64,000 nucleotides of DNA from the human T2T-CHM13v2.0 reference genome, Homo sapiens. This document shows positions 1-18,943 of this stretch, in pieces. How positions within the stretch are numbered: position 1 is the first letter of the stretch; each line of letters opens with the position of its first letter. Below the pieces are notes generated by a model. That model was not told the DNA's origin and searched no databases. It saw only the letters and a list, made by a program, of their open reading frames with translations. Location: the NCBI RefSeq assembly GCF_009914755.1, contig NC_060941.1; one strand, given 5' to 3'. The position numbers and the translations under genes are program-made.

Positions 1-241
<241 letters not shown>

Positions 242-971
242 TCAAAGAGAAACACAGAATCTCCTCTTGAGAGTCTTAGAAAAAAAAGATAATTATCTTT
301 CTGGGGTAGAAAAAGAATAAAGATAAATAGATTAAATAATACTGTATGGTTCGTTTCAAATTGAAGAGTCTATTTCCCCACTGATTTGGGGTTATTTTTT
401 GCCTGTCTTTTCCAAATGAGCAGGAGACAAAATTGAACCTCTTGGTTCCAGGGCTAAAAGATGCTATCAATTTCTGTTGATTCTAGGTGAGATAACACAA
501 CGCAGAAACAATTGGTCCACAATCCAACCAGTAAACTGGATAACAGACAATTTCTGAAGTTTTTTAGAAAGAGTGCAGTGAGAAACTGTTCAGATTTGAC
601 AGCCATTTCCCGCATAACTCCTTCCTCCAACTGACTTGTTGGATCCAAAAGACAAACTGGAGGGAGTGAGGGAAGGGAACGAATGTAGCTAGTCACTCAT
701 TGCCAGCATCCATGTATTTTCCAGGGTAGGTTCTCCAAGAGGCAATTATGTTAAATCAATCATCAGGAAATGAGGTCTTCGTAATGATAGCTATGACTTT
801 GATTTCAAATACTGTGCCAATCAGAATGAGGGCTTTTGTTCCCTTGTCAAAAGGATCATTTATACTAAGTTCTAACTAAACAATACCCACTACCAACTTC
901 CCTCCAAAAAGAAAAGAAAAGAAAAAGGAAAATGAAGCCCAATACTATTGAATGAAAACATATGGACCAGG

Positions 972-1272
972 GGCCGGGGCGGTGATTCACGCCTGTAATC
1001 CCAGCACTTTGGGAGGCTGAGTCAGGCAGATTGCGAGGTCAAGAGTTCAAGACCAGCCTGGCCAACATGGTGAAACCCTGTCTCTGCTAAAAATACAAAA
1101 ATTAGCCAGGCGTGGTGACACATGCCTATAATCCCAGCTACTTGGGAGGCTGAGGCAGGAGAATTGCTTGAAATGGGGGGTGGAGGTTGCAGTGACCCAG
1201 GATCGTGCCACTGCACTCCAGCCTGGGCGACACAGCAAGACTGTCTCAGGGAAAAAAAATATATATATATAG
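972..1272 (+). mobile_element. AluS with A/(TA)n tail
   Basis: Full dimer; flanks atatggacca / atacggacca resemble a TSD. Confidence 0.95.
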
Positions 1273-1869
1273 ATACGGACCACAGAAGCTCAATATAGCA
1301 GTGAGTTCCTTAGCTATCTATATTGTACAATTTGTTCTTTAAGTCTCATTCCTGCTAAATCACCTGAGAATCCTCATTGGAAAACCAATGCTCTTCCCGA
1401 GTCTGCAGGCCAAATTTAGGGTTAAAAAAATGGGGGGTTAGGGAGGGCCTTAATTTGCTATCAAAACCCAAAACACACAACATGAGAAAAATCAAGGTTA
1501 GAATAAGTTCAAAAGAAGATCTGGTTCTTGACCATGATAATGTCACTATTCTAATAGGGTCCTAGGAAGAAGAGGGCTAAAGACACCAAGGAGGCTGGAT
1601 AAGTCCCATTGTTGGAGAGAAAGTTAGTGAGTTCTCCTAGGTGACTAAGGCACTTACCACCCCAATAAAAATATTGTTTTCCTTTTAGATATTTCCTCGA
1701 TGTCTGCTATATACCAGGCCCTGTTTGTACTAAGTGCTAGGGATATACAGACAGGTGCTGTATAGTGTCTGAACCTTTAGAACCAAGCAGTGAGTGTGAT
1801 CAGTATGTAAACTGATAAAGTTCAATGCAAAATAACCAATGCTCATGATAAATAGAAAATTACAGAGGG

Positions 1870-2520
<651 letters not shown>

Positions 2521-2870
2521 TCAGAAACGTTTCAGAGAGGGGAATAATTAATCTAAGTATTGAATAAGACCTGGGAGGTTGCTAGGCAATGGGAGAAACA
2601 TCTCCAGTGGAGTGGTCAATTTCAGTGTGGGCCTAGAGAGATGGTGCTGTAGAAGATGCACCCAGGGATGGTGGGCTGAAGGTGGACTGGGAGACCGTCT
2701 TTCTATGTGATCCTATAAGCAGCAGGAACTGACCAGGGTGGTGCTGTGAAGGTAGGGCAGTGTTCATCCTCCTCTCCACTGTTTCCCCAGAAACTAACGC
2801 AGAAACTGATTTGCTTCATTGATTAACTTAAAACAGAAGAATGTTTCTTTGGTTACTTCAAGGTAGCTAT

Positions 2871-3551
<681 letters not shown>

Positions 3552-3976
3552 TCAAGGAAAGAAAATTCCATTACTTTCAGCAAAACTCTAGTTGAGAATG
3601 TTCAATAAACTCCTTCTCTGTGAAGAATAGTTGGAAAGGGGTATTTTATTTAACCAAATACTGTAGTTAAACGAAAATTGCTAATATAGATCATACACAA
3701 ATGGCCAATTTTGAAAGAATTAGCGCTTAATAAAGTGCACATAATCCCAAGGCCCTATTAAAGATTATTTTTAATCTTTTTTTTGGTGTGCATATGTATG
3801 ATTCAGTATCTTAAACTCAATAGTCTTCAGGGAATTTAAGTTATTTTATATTACTATGAAAACGGCATTCTGGTTATATGATTTTTGTAATAGATAGGAT
3901 TTTTACAACAAATTTTCAAAAATGTATAACGTAATCTAAAACCAAAAAGAGAACATTTGGGGATTGTTCACATTAA

Positions 3977-4287
<311 letters not shown>

Positions 4288-4555
4288 TACATTAATCCTT
4301 TATTCACTCAGTAAACATTTGTTAGTGCTGTACCCAAACAGCGTACCGAAAGATGAAGAAAGACCAAGGCTGTTCTTCCTCAAAGAGTTCACAGAGGGGG
4401 ATGCACATCTATTTTTAATAATATTTATAACACATTTGTTCATTGTAATGACAGAAGTAGGAAGAGAAACACAGATGAGAAAATGCTCAATTTTGCCTGT
4501 ACCAGGGAGTGAGGGAAAGGGACATGGGAAATGACGCTTAAGAAAAGTCCTCACA

Positions 4556-4864
4556 GCCAGGTGCGGTGGCTCACACCTGTAATCCCAGCATTTGGGGAGG
4601 CCGAGTCAGGCGGATCACCTGAGGTCTCAGGAGTTCAAGACCAGCCTGACCAACATGGAGAAACCCCATCTCTACTAAAAATACAAAAATTAGCTGGGCG
4701 TGGTGGCGGGCACCTATAATCCCAGCTACTCGGGAGGCTGAGGCAGGAGAATCACATGAATCCAGGAGGTGGAGGTTGCAGTGAGCCAAGATCATGCCAC
4801 TGCACTCCAGGCTGGGCGACAGAGTAAGACTCTGTCTCAAAAAAAAAAAAAAAAAAAAAAAAAA
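4556..4864 (+). mobile_element. AluS
   Basis: Full dimer; TSD agaaaagtcctca. Confidence 0.95.
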
Positions 4865-5067
4865 CAGAAAAACAGAAAAGTCCTCAAGGGTGAGTGAGAG
4901 CACTCCAACAACAGAAATTTGGAAAGGACCAGGAAGCATGGAAACCAATTTGGGAGCTCCTGTAGTAATTCATGGCAGAGATGATGAAGGCCTGAACTGA
5001 GAGGACCCCAGTGGGGACAGACAGTGACCTGCTGGACATCGGAGGTGGGAAAAGGAAGCCATCTGCA

Positions 5068-5268
5068 CTGTGCTGTCTAATATGAGAACCACAAGCCACA
5101 TGCAGTCATCTAATATAACCTCATTAAAACATGTTAAAATTGAAATGAACTCAGCTTGCACTAGCCACACTTCGGGGCTTGATAGACATGTGAAGCTAGT
5201 GGCATCTGTACTGGATGGTACAAACAGAACTTTTCTATTATTACAGAAAGTTCTACTGTACAGCAGAG
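5068..5268. mobile_element. MER3-like hAT-Charlie MITE
   Basis: gctgtctaata...cactagccacac...gctagtggc...attacagaaagttcta pattern typical of MER3. Confidence 0.7.
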
Positions 5269-5269
5269 C

Positions 5270-5990
5270 CAAGTGTTTGGGGCTTGAGATAAGTAGTTGA
5301 ACGTTGGTACCCCTAATTCAGAAGAAATGCCAGAGAGGCAACGGGTTTAGGAGGAGCCGATGGGTTGAGTTTGGGATGAGCTGAGTTTGAAGAAAGTCTA
5401 ATATCATGGTGATGTCAGGATCCTTGTGAGTTCAGCATCTCATAAGCGACAGCATAGTGAGGGTCCTGGTTTTTAGCCTCTTCCTTTTCTGAAACAAAAT
5501 CCAAGCTTCAAAAGCTAACCTGCATGCCTGTGCCTATTAGAGGGAAAACAAAAACAAAAACAAAAACAGGCGGCAAGGGAATTCGGTGTGGAGTTCTAAA
5601 AGAAGTGTGGGCGGCTGACCCAGAGTTGGGAGTCAGTGGTATACTGAGGGTAGTTAAAGTATCTCACAGAGAAAAGATTACCCAAGAGAAGAGGGGTGGA
5701 AGGTGAGACATGGAGGAAGGGGTAAAAGCAACAGGTACAGGACGGCTGGGGGAACAGGATCCACAGAAGCGTAGGAGAGTCTGGAAAAACCCCAGTCAGG
5801 AAGGAGATGGGGAGAAACAGGAACAAAGTGTCACCAGTAAAGCCCAGGATGAAGAGAAGGGGGAAGAGCCAAGTGAACTGAATGCAGCAGGAAATCTAAT
5901 AAGGCACCAAAAAGTGTCTGGTGCATCTGGCAATTTGGGGGCCACCTCAGTAAGACCAGTTCCAGTGGACAGATGGTGGAAAGATACCTG
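5270..5990 (-). mobile_element. L2 fragment, interrupted at ~5420-5567 by a local duplication
   Basis: gagtttggg...gagtttgaag...gatgtcagg / aggc...tggagttc...ttgggagtca resembles the reverse-complemented L2 body. Confidence 0.65.
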
Positions 5991-6380
5991 TGCACATAGA
6001 CACGTGGAAGGAAATGCTTGTTTTTCAACTGGCCGCCCCCAAAGACATAAGGATACACTGGGAGCTCCTCAAGGGGCTGGAGCATCCGAGTTCATGAGCA
6101 ACACAGAGAATTGATCAGGACGCTTCAGGCCTCCCGGCGCATCCACTCAGCTATACCGCTGCTACTGGGGAGGAAATGTATTGTTGACCATGTTAGCACT
6201 TTAGAACAGCCCCCAGCTGGTCCCCAGAGGAGGGAAGGCATGAATTTCTGGGCTTCTCCCCTGAACAGGACCAGACCCAAGAATCTTAGTGAAACAAATG
6301 GTGAAAAACTTCTGCTGTGACATAGAGGCAGGGATTCTGATTTCATTGAAAACTCTTCAGCTTGTCAGAGAAAAAAAAAG

Positions 6381-6560
6381 ACACACACACCCAGTCATAC
6401 ACACATGCAAGCACATGCATATACACAGTGCATACATGGGCATGCACACATATATGCATGCACATACATGTATACATGCATTGTGCATATACTCACGTAG
6501 ACACTCATATAGATATTCATACATTATGCAAAATGTGCACACACGTGCACATACATAACA
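6381..6560. repeat. Degenerate (CA/TA/TG) purine-pyrimidine alternating tract
   Basis: acacacac...catgcatatacac...gtgcacatac, read directly. Confidence 0.85.
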
Positions 6561-7372
6561 CCACCCTGGTTCTCTTTTCTTTTCTGCAGCGGCAGAACCA
6601 GGTCAAGAACCCACGTCTCCTGACTTCAGAACCCTCACTCTTTCCCCTGCAGCAGTTGCTCAGGGAGGCGACTGCCAAGAGGAAGCAGATGCTCTTGCTG
6701 GAGCAGGAGGAGACCCTTCGGGGACTATGCAAGACTCAGCCTGAAGTGGGTGCCAAGTGTTCAGAACTGTTTAAGTAAAAGCCACTTGACCGACCCCCAT
6801 CAGCCCAAGTAATTCGGCTGCACTCTAAGCTTTATGCAGGAACTCCGCTGGCTCTTAATAAACCCAAATAGGAACAAAAGAAAACGTGATGACTTTCAGA
6901 GGTGGACATTAGCTGTGCTGCGCTGAAGGATGCCTGGGCTAGATCCTGCCCAGGTCTCCAGGCTCGGTAAAAGGGCAGCTCCATTTCCCCAGCAGCAACC
7001 CCCACCCCAAGCCCCTGCTGTACCCCACCTTGCCCCTCCCCTGCCACCACTCTTGCTGGGGTGGAAATACAGGGTAAGAAAAAAGGCCCTAAGGAGTCCA
7101 CCTGCCAAACCCAACTACAGACTGAAGCCCACTTTAAATTTCCTATCCTGAAACCAACAATCGTAATTATTTACATTGTTTTTTTACCCTCTTAAGTCCC
7201 ATTTTCTTTGTGTTTCATCATCATTTGAAGTGGGGAGCGAAGGAATCTTATGGAAAGGCAAGGGTCGGATAGACTTGATGGCCTGTCTCATTTCCCCTCA
7301 TTACTCTAACACCACAATTCCTCTCCGGCCACATTCACCACTTATAAAGTGCTATTCTCATCATCAGGATTA

Positions 7373-8047
<675 letters not shown>

Positions 8048-9465
8048 TCACTTCCCAGAGAGATACCATTTGAGCAAGGATGTCAACAAAGGAGGAACAA
8101 GTCGTGGGGGTATCTGGAGGGAAGGAAGGGCAGGCATCAGGGTTCTGAGAAGGAGGGTGCCAGGATTATGAGGATGTATGAGGATCTGCAAGGAGGCCAG
8201 TGAGGAAGAGAAAGAGGAATGAAGGGGGCGGGCTGGGGTGACAGTAAATGAGTCCAGAGGGGCAGCCAGGACCCTGATCCTGGAAGTCTATGGTTAGGTC
8301 CTTGGACTTGGCTCTGACACAATCTGATTTGCACTTTTACAGTCACTGACTGCTGGGTGGAGACCTTACTGCAAGAGGGAAAGAGTGGGGGCAAAGGGAT
8401 TTGTGAGGGGGGCAGGCGCGCCCTCCAGGGCAGAGGAAATAGTGGTAAGTAACTAGGAATGATTGATGGGTGAGCACTTCAACAGCATCTGCAGTTATTA
8501 ATGCAACAACAACAAACAACGGCATCCATGCTGCAGGTGTTTCCGAGTCACTGTGCTGGGAAAGCAGACACTAATCATGAAACAGCAGCAATTACAGAGT
8601 TCAGCATCTCACAGGCGACAGCACAGTGAGGGTCCTTGTTTTTAGCATCTTCCTTTTCTGAAACAAAATTCGAGCTTCAAAAGGTCACCTGCATGCCTGT
8701 GCCTATTAGAGGGAAACAAACAAACAACAAAAAAAAACACAAAAAAAAAAACACGATGCTGCCCTCCAGAAGGATTATGTTGCAGGAGGTTGCAACGCTG
8801 AGGAAATCCATCAGAATATCAGCAATGCTGTTAAACTGAAAAATTGGGTCCAAGTGAAGTCAGAGAGAAATATTTCTCCTGGTAGATTTATGAAAACGAA
8901 TGCCAAAAGGCAATGAGGTGGCCTCGGCAGCTGGAATTCCACTGCAGGGGCCTGGACTGCGGGAGCTGGAGCGCATGGGAAGTGATGGACGTCTCTACTC
9001 CAGGAAAAGGGCTTTGCTCATTGACCCACAGGCCCCTGCTGAGGCGAAGGCCCACTGCATCCTGGAGATAGTCAGTGTGTGGCTCAGTGTTAAATCCTAA
9101 GACAATTAGAGGCGTGGGTTGTGGGTGGAAGGCAGGGACTGGCAACAGAGCCCTGCCCTCTTGAGCTCTGAGCAAACATATAAAATCAGGTGTGTCCTGT
9201 CTCCGTACATAAGAAGTAGAGATTTGGGTACGGTACAGATGAAAACACCCACCTGGATGGGCCGGGAAGGCAGACCACAGGAGAGAGGCTCGGGTTTGGA
9301 CTATAACTGGATATTTGTGTGAAGATTCACCACTGTCTTCCCCAGCAGACTACAAGTTCTAGGAGGGCAGGGCCATGTCCGCCAGTGCACACTAGAATTA
9401 AATATATTCCCAGCAGACAGCAGAATGCCTAACACCCATTAAGCTTTTGCATAAACACCAGTGGC

Positions 9466-10330
<865 letters not shown>

Positions 10331-10734
10331 AGTTGCTAAGCGAAGAATAAATGAATAAACAAATCAACAAAGAGATGGCTGGTCCATACCAGCATGCCAA
10401 GAGCAAATATCTATAGATAGAATAACCGGACATACTTTGAAAACCAGCAAGGGAAACAATAGGCTTAACATGCAGCTGGTGGAGGTAAACCAGGTGTACA
10501 ATTAGCTTAACAACCAGTGGGTACCCCTCTGGTTTCTTCCAGTGGGTACCCCTCTGCCCAGGAGGAACACTCAGTCCCAAGGCCTTTTTCCAGCACCATT
10601 ACAGAACTATTATAGAGTGGATCTTGCCTTGCAAATAAGGGAAACTCAGAATTATTTTGTTTTTTTTTCTTCTTAGTCAAAGATGATAAATTGTAGTTAG
10701 AAAAAAAAAGTCATTAAGAAATTCCATTGAAATA

Positions 10735-11040
10735 GGCCGGGCTCGGCGGCTCATGCCTGTAATCCCAACACTTTGGGAGGCCAAGGTAAGTGGATCACCT
10801 GAGGTCAGGAGTTGAGACCAGCCTGACCAAATGATGAAACCCCGTCTCTACCAAAAATACAAAAAATTAGCAGGGCGTGGTGGCAGGAGCCTGTAATCCC
10901 AGCTACTTGAGGAACTGAAGCAGGAGAACTATTTGAACCTGGGAGGCAGAGGATGCAGTGATCCAAGATCAGGGCACTGCACTCCAGCCTGGGCAACAGA
11001 GCAAGACTCTGTCTCGAAAAGAAAAAAAAAAAAAAAAAAA
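10735..11040 (+). mobile_element. AluS
   Basis: Full dimer; TSD aagaaattccat. Confidence 0.95.
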
Positions 11041-11901
11041 GAAATTCCATCAAAATAAACAAGAAAGGGCCAAAGGAAAAACAAGTTCTTCTTCTTGGAT
11101 GGATCTTCAACAACAAAAGCCCATTGCAGCCCCTGATGCTGGGTCTCTCTGAGGCACAACTCCATCTATAATACTCGCTAGTTCCTAAGACCCCGATTCA
11201 GACATAAGAAAAATAATCAAAGTTGCTCATGCTCTGTAGTGACCTCTTGCAATAGGTCCAGCCACTGTGACTCTCTCAAAGGTTTATTTGCAGCACTGTG
11301 GCCGTAGAGGCCCCAGCCAGAGCACAGGGGGGCAGCCAAGCCCCCGGGTAATGAGCAGACACAAAGTCTCACAGCCCATGAGCACCAGGTCATTTATCTT
11401 CCTAGTTTTGTTCATTAAATTTGAAGGGGGAGGTGGAGAGAGAAGATAATGGAGGAAATCAATGTGAATTTTTCAAAGTAATCGGGCTTGATTGGTCTTT
11501 TTATTTGTCTAGGAAGGTCTGTCTGCCTAGAGGACTGGGAGACAAAATATCCTGAGGTCTCAATAACCAGCCTCCTCCCAGAACCGGAAAACTCAACTGC
11601 CCTTGCCCTAAAACCATGCCCCACCTCCCTCTCACCCTGCTATATGCATAACAGGAGCAAGTGAGCTCCTGGGCAGGAAAAAAAGTCTGCACCCTCCTGC
11701 TAAAACTCTTAATAGTGCTGAAGACGGGAACAGATGCTGGTCACTCACTCCACATGGGCCAGGCACTGTGCTGTATACATGGGAACCCTGAGATGAAAAC
11801 ACAGCTAGGGCCTCCTTCCTCAGTAGTCATTACTGCTAGGGAGGGCAGATGACACAGAAACTGCAGTGACAGAGGACACTCCCTCAAAAGCGGTGAGCCC
11901 A

Positions 11902-12039
11902 AGCCGGGCGCAGTGGCACACACGTGCAGTCCCAGCTACTTGGGAGGCTGAGGAAGGAGGAACATGTGAGTTCGAGAGCCCAGGAGTTCGAGAGCAGCCT
12001 GGACAACACAGTGAGACTCTATCTCTAAAAAAACAAAAA
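11902..12039 (+). mobile_element. Alu monomer (FLAM-like)
   Basis: ~135-bp monomer; TSD aaaagcggtgagccca / aaaagaggtgagccca. Confidence 0.85.
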
Positions 12040-12642
12040 GAGGTGAGCCCAGAGTTGGAAGCCTGGGGACGATTTTCCAGTAATAAAGGGGAAGGGCATT
12101 TCAGGCAAAGGAACCCAACACGTTCAGTCTCCACTGAATTTTCACCATACAGTGTCCAAAATAAGGAAGAGCGGCCACAGACACTCTTTGGTGGTGACAA
12201 AGCAAATCCTATCAGCTTCGCTCTGGTCTGCATGGCAAGAGTCTGTCACCTAGACACAGCCACTCTGAGCAGGTGCAGGGCCACTCTGAGGAATCTGGTG
12301 AAGGGAGGGCTCGCCTCGCAGCAACAAGGAAGGTCCCAGAGCACCCCAGGCCTTTGCCACTGAAGGAATCCTGAGTTGGCCTGAGGAACCCTCTGGGCTC
12401 TAACTGGGCCCCGGTTTGTTTCTTTCCTTCTCAGGTGGCACTGACGGGCCAAGGGATTCAGGATCTCAGAGCGAGAATTACTTCATAGGCATGAAAAGCC
12501 TTGTGATATAAGTGATTCTCTCACAAATGTGGTCCCCGAAGGTGGGCAGGAGGGCATGGCTGCATTACAGAACCTTTCCCCCTCCTGGAAAAGCTCACCA
12601 GTCCCATCAGCAGGGATTTCTTTACTCAAGAAAAGATAGCAC

Positions 12643-13807
<1,165 letters not shown>

Positions 13808-14963
13808 AAAGAGGACCCCAACTCTTGACGCTCTTTTGGGTTCACAACGAGCTAGAGTAGAGCAAAAGGGCCAGAATGAGGAGTCTGGTTAGACAACACC
13901 TCAAAAGTTCCTACAAGTCACATGGGAGAGAGGGCAGATCCAAGGAGCTCCACAATGGCAAAGGAAAGCAGATGAGAAACTGGCTGCGGCCAGGTGACCA
14001 GACCCCATTCAGGAGTCCACGGGAGAAGAGGAGGAAGTCAGCCAGAGGTCTGAGCCACAAATGGCCAGGAAGCCAGGCCAAGGAGTCTAAAATAGTCAGG
14101 ATTGAGAGACGTGGGCACCACGGGTGAGAAGGACACCTGTGCCTTTGCAGGCAGTGTTTCCTCCTGGGCTTCCTTCCTACCCAAAACCAGAACGGGGCTT
14201 GGCTGGGTCTGTGCACACAGTTGGAAACAGTGGACAAGTGCTGGCACAGAGAGCTGGGGAGGTGGATGCAGGCAACTCCTGACCCAGCACCTGGAATGAT
14301 GCCTAGGCCAAGGGTATTTCAGCTGGCCTGCTTTGCTGTGAGAGATATACACTGAATCCTCCTGACTCCAACTGATGACAGAAGGCAACTCACCTGAAAC
14401 AGACCTTGTTTAATGAAACAGGGCTTTAATGGACAAATCAGCATAACATCCACTGGCAGAATTTCCTTAAACAAATCCGATTAAAGGCCCAAAATCAAAA
14501 TACACTTAGGTTTCAAATGATGCTTTCCCTGGACAGCAAACTTCATAGATCACTATGATGTGTCTTATCTTCCACCTGCTTACACTCACCTGGAAACCTG
14601 CCTTGTTAAAGTGTACGAGTACATGGAGACCACCCTTCAAGTCACAAATCCTGCCAGCAGTGCTCCTGGGCCAGCTCTTGCACCGGAGATCAGGGCTGCC
14701 TAATCAAAGCATCTGCTCCTTCCTGGAAGGCTCCAACAGCCAATTCCACTAAAGCATAAGGCACTGACCATCCCAGAAGAAGGAAAATGGGCTGATTAAA
14801 GTCCCACAATCACCAGAGGAGATAAGTGGGAAGAGAGAGCTGGCATTTAGGAAGCAGTGAGATATTTCCTGTGTTTTCACACAGCGAGTCCCTCCTGCTC
14901 ACATCTCTTCCTGTCCTGCTGGAGAGCACAAGGAAAACACCATCAGAAATGAATGAGTCACGC

Positions 14964-15273
14964 GCTGGGTGCGGGGGCTCAGAACTGTAATACCTGCACT
15001 TCGGGAGGCCGAGGCGGGCGCATCATTTGAGCTCAGGAGTTCGAGACCAGCCTGGCCAACATGATGAAACCCTGTCTCTACTAAAAATACAAAAATTAGC
15101 CAGGCACAGTGGCACGTGCCTATAATCCCAGCTACTCGGGAGGCTGAGGCACAAGAATCACTTGAACCCAGGAGGCGGAGATTGCAGTGAGCCGATATCA
15201 CACCATGGCACTCCAGTCCACGTGACAGAGTGACGGAGCGAGACTCCAACTCAAACAAACAAACAAAAATAAA
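14964..15273 (+). mobile_element. AluS
   Basis: Full dimer with (AAAC)n tail. Confidence 0.93.
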
Positions 15274-16856
15274 TGAGTGAATCAGGAAGATGGCATGAGA
15301 CCTCCTGCCCATGTGGAGCGGGCAGAACTTAAGTGGGAACCTGAAAGATCTTCCTGCCTCACAGAAGTTCTGAAATAGTCATCCTTTCTCGCTTTCCTCC
15401 CCAGAAACAACAAACAGAGTCAACTGCTCCTTACTCCAGCCCACCTCCATCCCACTCCACTCAGGTGATCCAGTTCCATTCCCCTTAAATGGGTCCATGC
15501 AGAACCTCCTACTGCAGATAAAGCCAACAACCACATGACACATGAAACCCACAGAACTCTGCAGGGAAACAGTCTGCACCCATATCCCACGCCACAGACT
15601 GCGGTGCACAGCATGGGGCAGTCACCAAAGCGGGGCGTAGGGGAGAAGTGGAAGGAGGAGACAGGTCGTTCCTGGACGTGGGAAGGGGTAGAGTGTGTTG
15701 AGGTGAGCAGGGGCAGGGCACAGAGGAGAGGACAGATACATCACTTATTTACAGCTTGGCTCTTGTCTTCTCATGGGAGCACTCCAAGCCTTCTATGATG
15801 TAGGCCTTAGTTCCTCCTTCTCCCTGAATGTCCCTTTATTCTGCATGTGCCACAAGTGAGACATCAGGCTATGTTCTGGCATCCAGGGCCCGTCCCTTCA
15901 GTGGCCGTCCTCACTGAAACCCAAGGCTTCTTTAGCCAGCGTCCAGGCCAGGTGCTCTCTGCCTCCTGGGATGTTAACCAGCCAGCCTAATAAATCCACA
16001 GGTGTGAATGGGTTGAGGCTGGGGGCCTCCACTTTTTCTCAGATAAAGAATATTTTATCAGTATTCTTTTGGTGGCAGGGAGCAATCCTGGGAGAGAGAT
16101 TTTGGGGGTAGGTAAAGTCTTACAGCCTCCTTCAAATCGCTGCTGCAACCTGCTAGCCACACACACAGGGCCAGGCTGGCCACTTCGGGGCCAAAACAAC
16201 ACGGCTGCATCTGACCAAGACACTATGTGACTTGCGACAGGACACTACCGTGCCGTCTCTGCCAAGGGCAGGAGAACTGTCCAGAGAGCCCCGGCTTGCC
16301 AGGCTGGTTCTCCATGAAAACAGGTCACACAGGCCATCGAGGCGGATGGGTTTCTTTAGGAGGATTCTGAGGAAGCGTCTACAGCCCATGGGGTGACCAC
16401 CAGTCAGTAAGGGAGGAGACGGGCATGCTGTAGGGGTGATGCTAGGTGCATGCCAAATACCAGAGGGCAAAGGACCCCAGCATGGTGTCATTATATGGGT
16501 GAGGCCTTCACCCCAAACTGCCAGGGTGGCAAATCCCAATTGGATGGGTAGAAATTACCTTTAACTGCCCCACGCTGACGCATGACTGTATCTCCCCAGT
16601 CAAACAAGGATGCTGGCCAGAGAAGGTTCCAGATCTTATACTATGACCAGGGATGTTTCCACTCCCTCTCCAAGGCACGGGAGCCAAGCCTGGTCATCTC
16701 ACAGGATATAAAGATTAACCAACAACATCCACATTCAAACGGAACCCCAAAGCTAAACAGAGGTATCTCAAAACCATACCTTTCAGACAACAGAAATAAT
16801 CTCAGAGAACCGTTTCCTAAGAGCAGGTTGCCTCAGAGTGCATTCTGGAAAAATCT

Positions 16857-17023
16857 TTTTGTTTTGTTGTTTTTTGGGAGTCAGAGTCTTGTTCTGTCAC
16901 CGAGGCTGGAGTAAAGTGGGGCAGTTATGGCTCACTGTGGCCTCAACCTCCTGGGCTCAAGCAATCCTCCCACCTTGGCCTCCCAAAGTGTTGAGATTAC
17001 AGGCGTCAGCCATTGCATCCCAC
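16857..17023 (-). mobile_element. Old Alu monomer or AluJ fragment
   Basis: gctcactgtggcctcaacctcctgggctcaagcaatcctccc. Confidence 0.8.
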
Positions 17024-17414
17024 CCATTCTGGAAAATTCTAACTGGTCCAGTAGGTATGAAGAATGCGATTCTGGGGAGAGTCACGTTGCCTGTTAGCAA
17101 ATTAACCTTAGAGGGGTCTTGCACTTCAGAAACACATTGACTTGAATCCCATTTTCCAAGCTCACTTGACCACTCATTATTAGCACCCATCAGACGGGTC
17201 TCCATGCAACACGCTCTGGAGAAAGCAAACTGGAAAATTACGAAGAAAGAACTGGTCCAGGGGTTCTTAAGCTGGGCTTCAGACATTCAGGAACTGTCCA
17301 AAATCCTAAGGAAAAAAAAGAACTGTCTATTTGTGTCTTTTTGTTAGGGAAGAGGATCCTCAGCTTCCACAGGTTCCCAACAGGGCTGTATCTGCCAAGG
17401 TGAAGAATTGTTGA

Positions 17415-17805
<391 letters not shown>

Positions 17806-17914
17806 CTCCTCAACTTTCTATAGCAGTTACAGCAGAAGGTTGGACTGGAACCCAGATCTCCTCAATTCTATCACAACATTTTTAGTCGTAAGTTGTTTGC
17901 CAAGGCTGATATTA

Positions 17915-18095
17915 CGAAGAGGGGAGGTGGGAAGGGCTGAAAAACTACCTGTTGGGTACTACGCTCCCTATCTGGGTGGTGGGGTCATTCATACCCCTCA
18001 GTGAGTATCACATGATATACTCATATAACAAACATGCATATGTATCTCCTGAATCTAAAATAAAAGTTGAAATTATTTTTTTAAAAAAGTAAAAG
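17915..18095 (+). mobile_element. L1PB/L1MA-type 3' end fragment
   Basis: gaaaaactacctgttgggtact...gaatctaaaataaaagttgaaa. Confidence 0.8.
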
Positions 18096-18097
18096 AA

Positions 18098-18699
18098 ACC
18101 GGGTGCGGTGGCCCATGCCTGTAATCCCAGCACTTTGGGAGGCTGAGGCAGGCAGATCTCTTGAGGTCAGAAGTTTGAGACCAGCGTGGCCAACGTTGTG
18201 AAACCCCATCTCTACTAAAAATACAAAAATTAGCCAGGCGTGGTGGCATGCGCCTATAATCCCAGCTACTCAGGAGGCTGAGGTGCGAGAATCGCTTGAA
18301 CCTGGGAGATGGAAGTTGCAGTGAGCAGAGATCGTGTCACTGCACTCCATCCTGGGCAACAGAGCAAGACTCCGTCTCAAAAAAAAAAAAAAAAAAAAAA
18401 AAGGCTGGGCACAGTGACTCATGGCTGTAATCCCAATACTTTGGGAGGCCAAGGCAGGCAGATCACTTCAGGCCAGGAGTTCAAGACCATCCTGGCCAAC
18501 ATGGTGAAACCTCATCTCTACTAAAAATATAAAAAAATAGCCGGGCGTGATGGCAGGCACCTGTAATCCCAGCTACTCAGGAGGCTGAGGCAGGAGAGTC
18601 ACTTGAACCCAGAAGGCAGAGGTTGCAGTAAGCCAAGATCACACCACTGTACTCCAGCCTGGGCAACAGAGCAAGACTCCACCTCAAAAAAAAAAAAAA
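18098..18699 (+). mobile_element. Two head-to-tail AluS (18098-18401, 18402-18699)
   Basis: Two full dimers with A tails. Confidence 0.93.
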
Positions 18700-18943
18700 A
18701 GAGTGTTCTTTGCATCAGAATAATACCAACCATAGCACCACACTTTGCCCAGAACCTCCGTGGGACTTCTACTCACAACTCAGTATAGGTTCTTTTTTCT
18801 TGCTTAATACATATTAAAACCCACTTCTAAAACGAGTAACAGAGTAATCACACCTTTATAAATAGACCTTCCCTGTACACATAAAATAAAATAATATCGC
18901 TGCCTCCACCATACGGATTTAGAGATGAACCAGTTTTTTAAAA

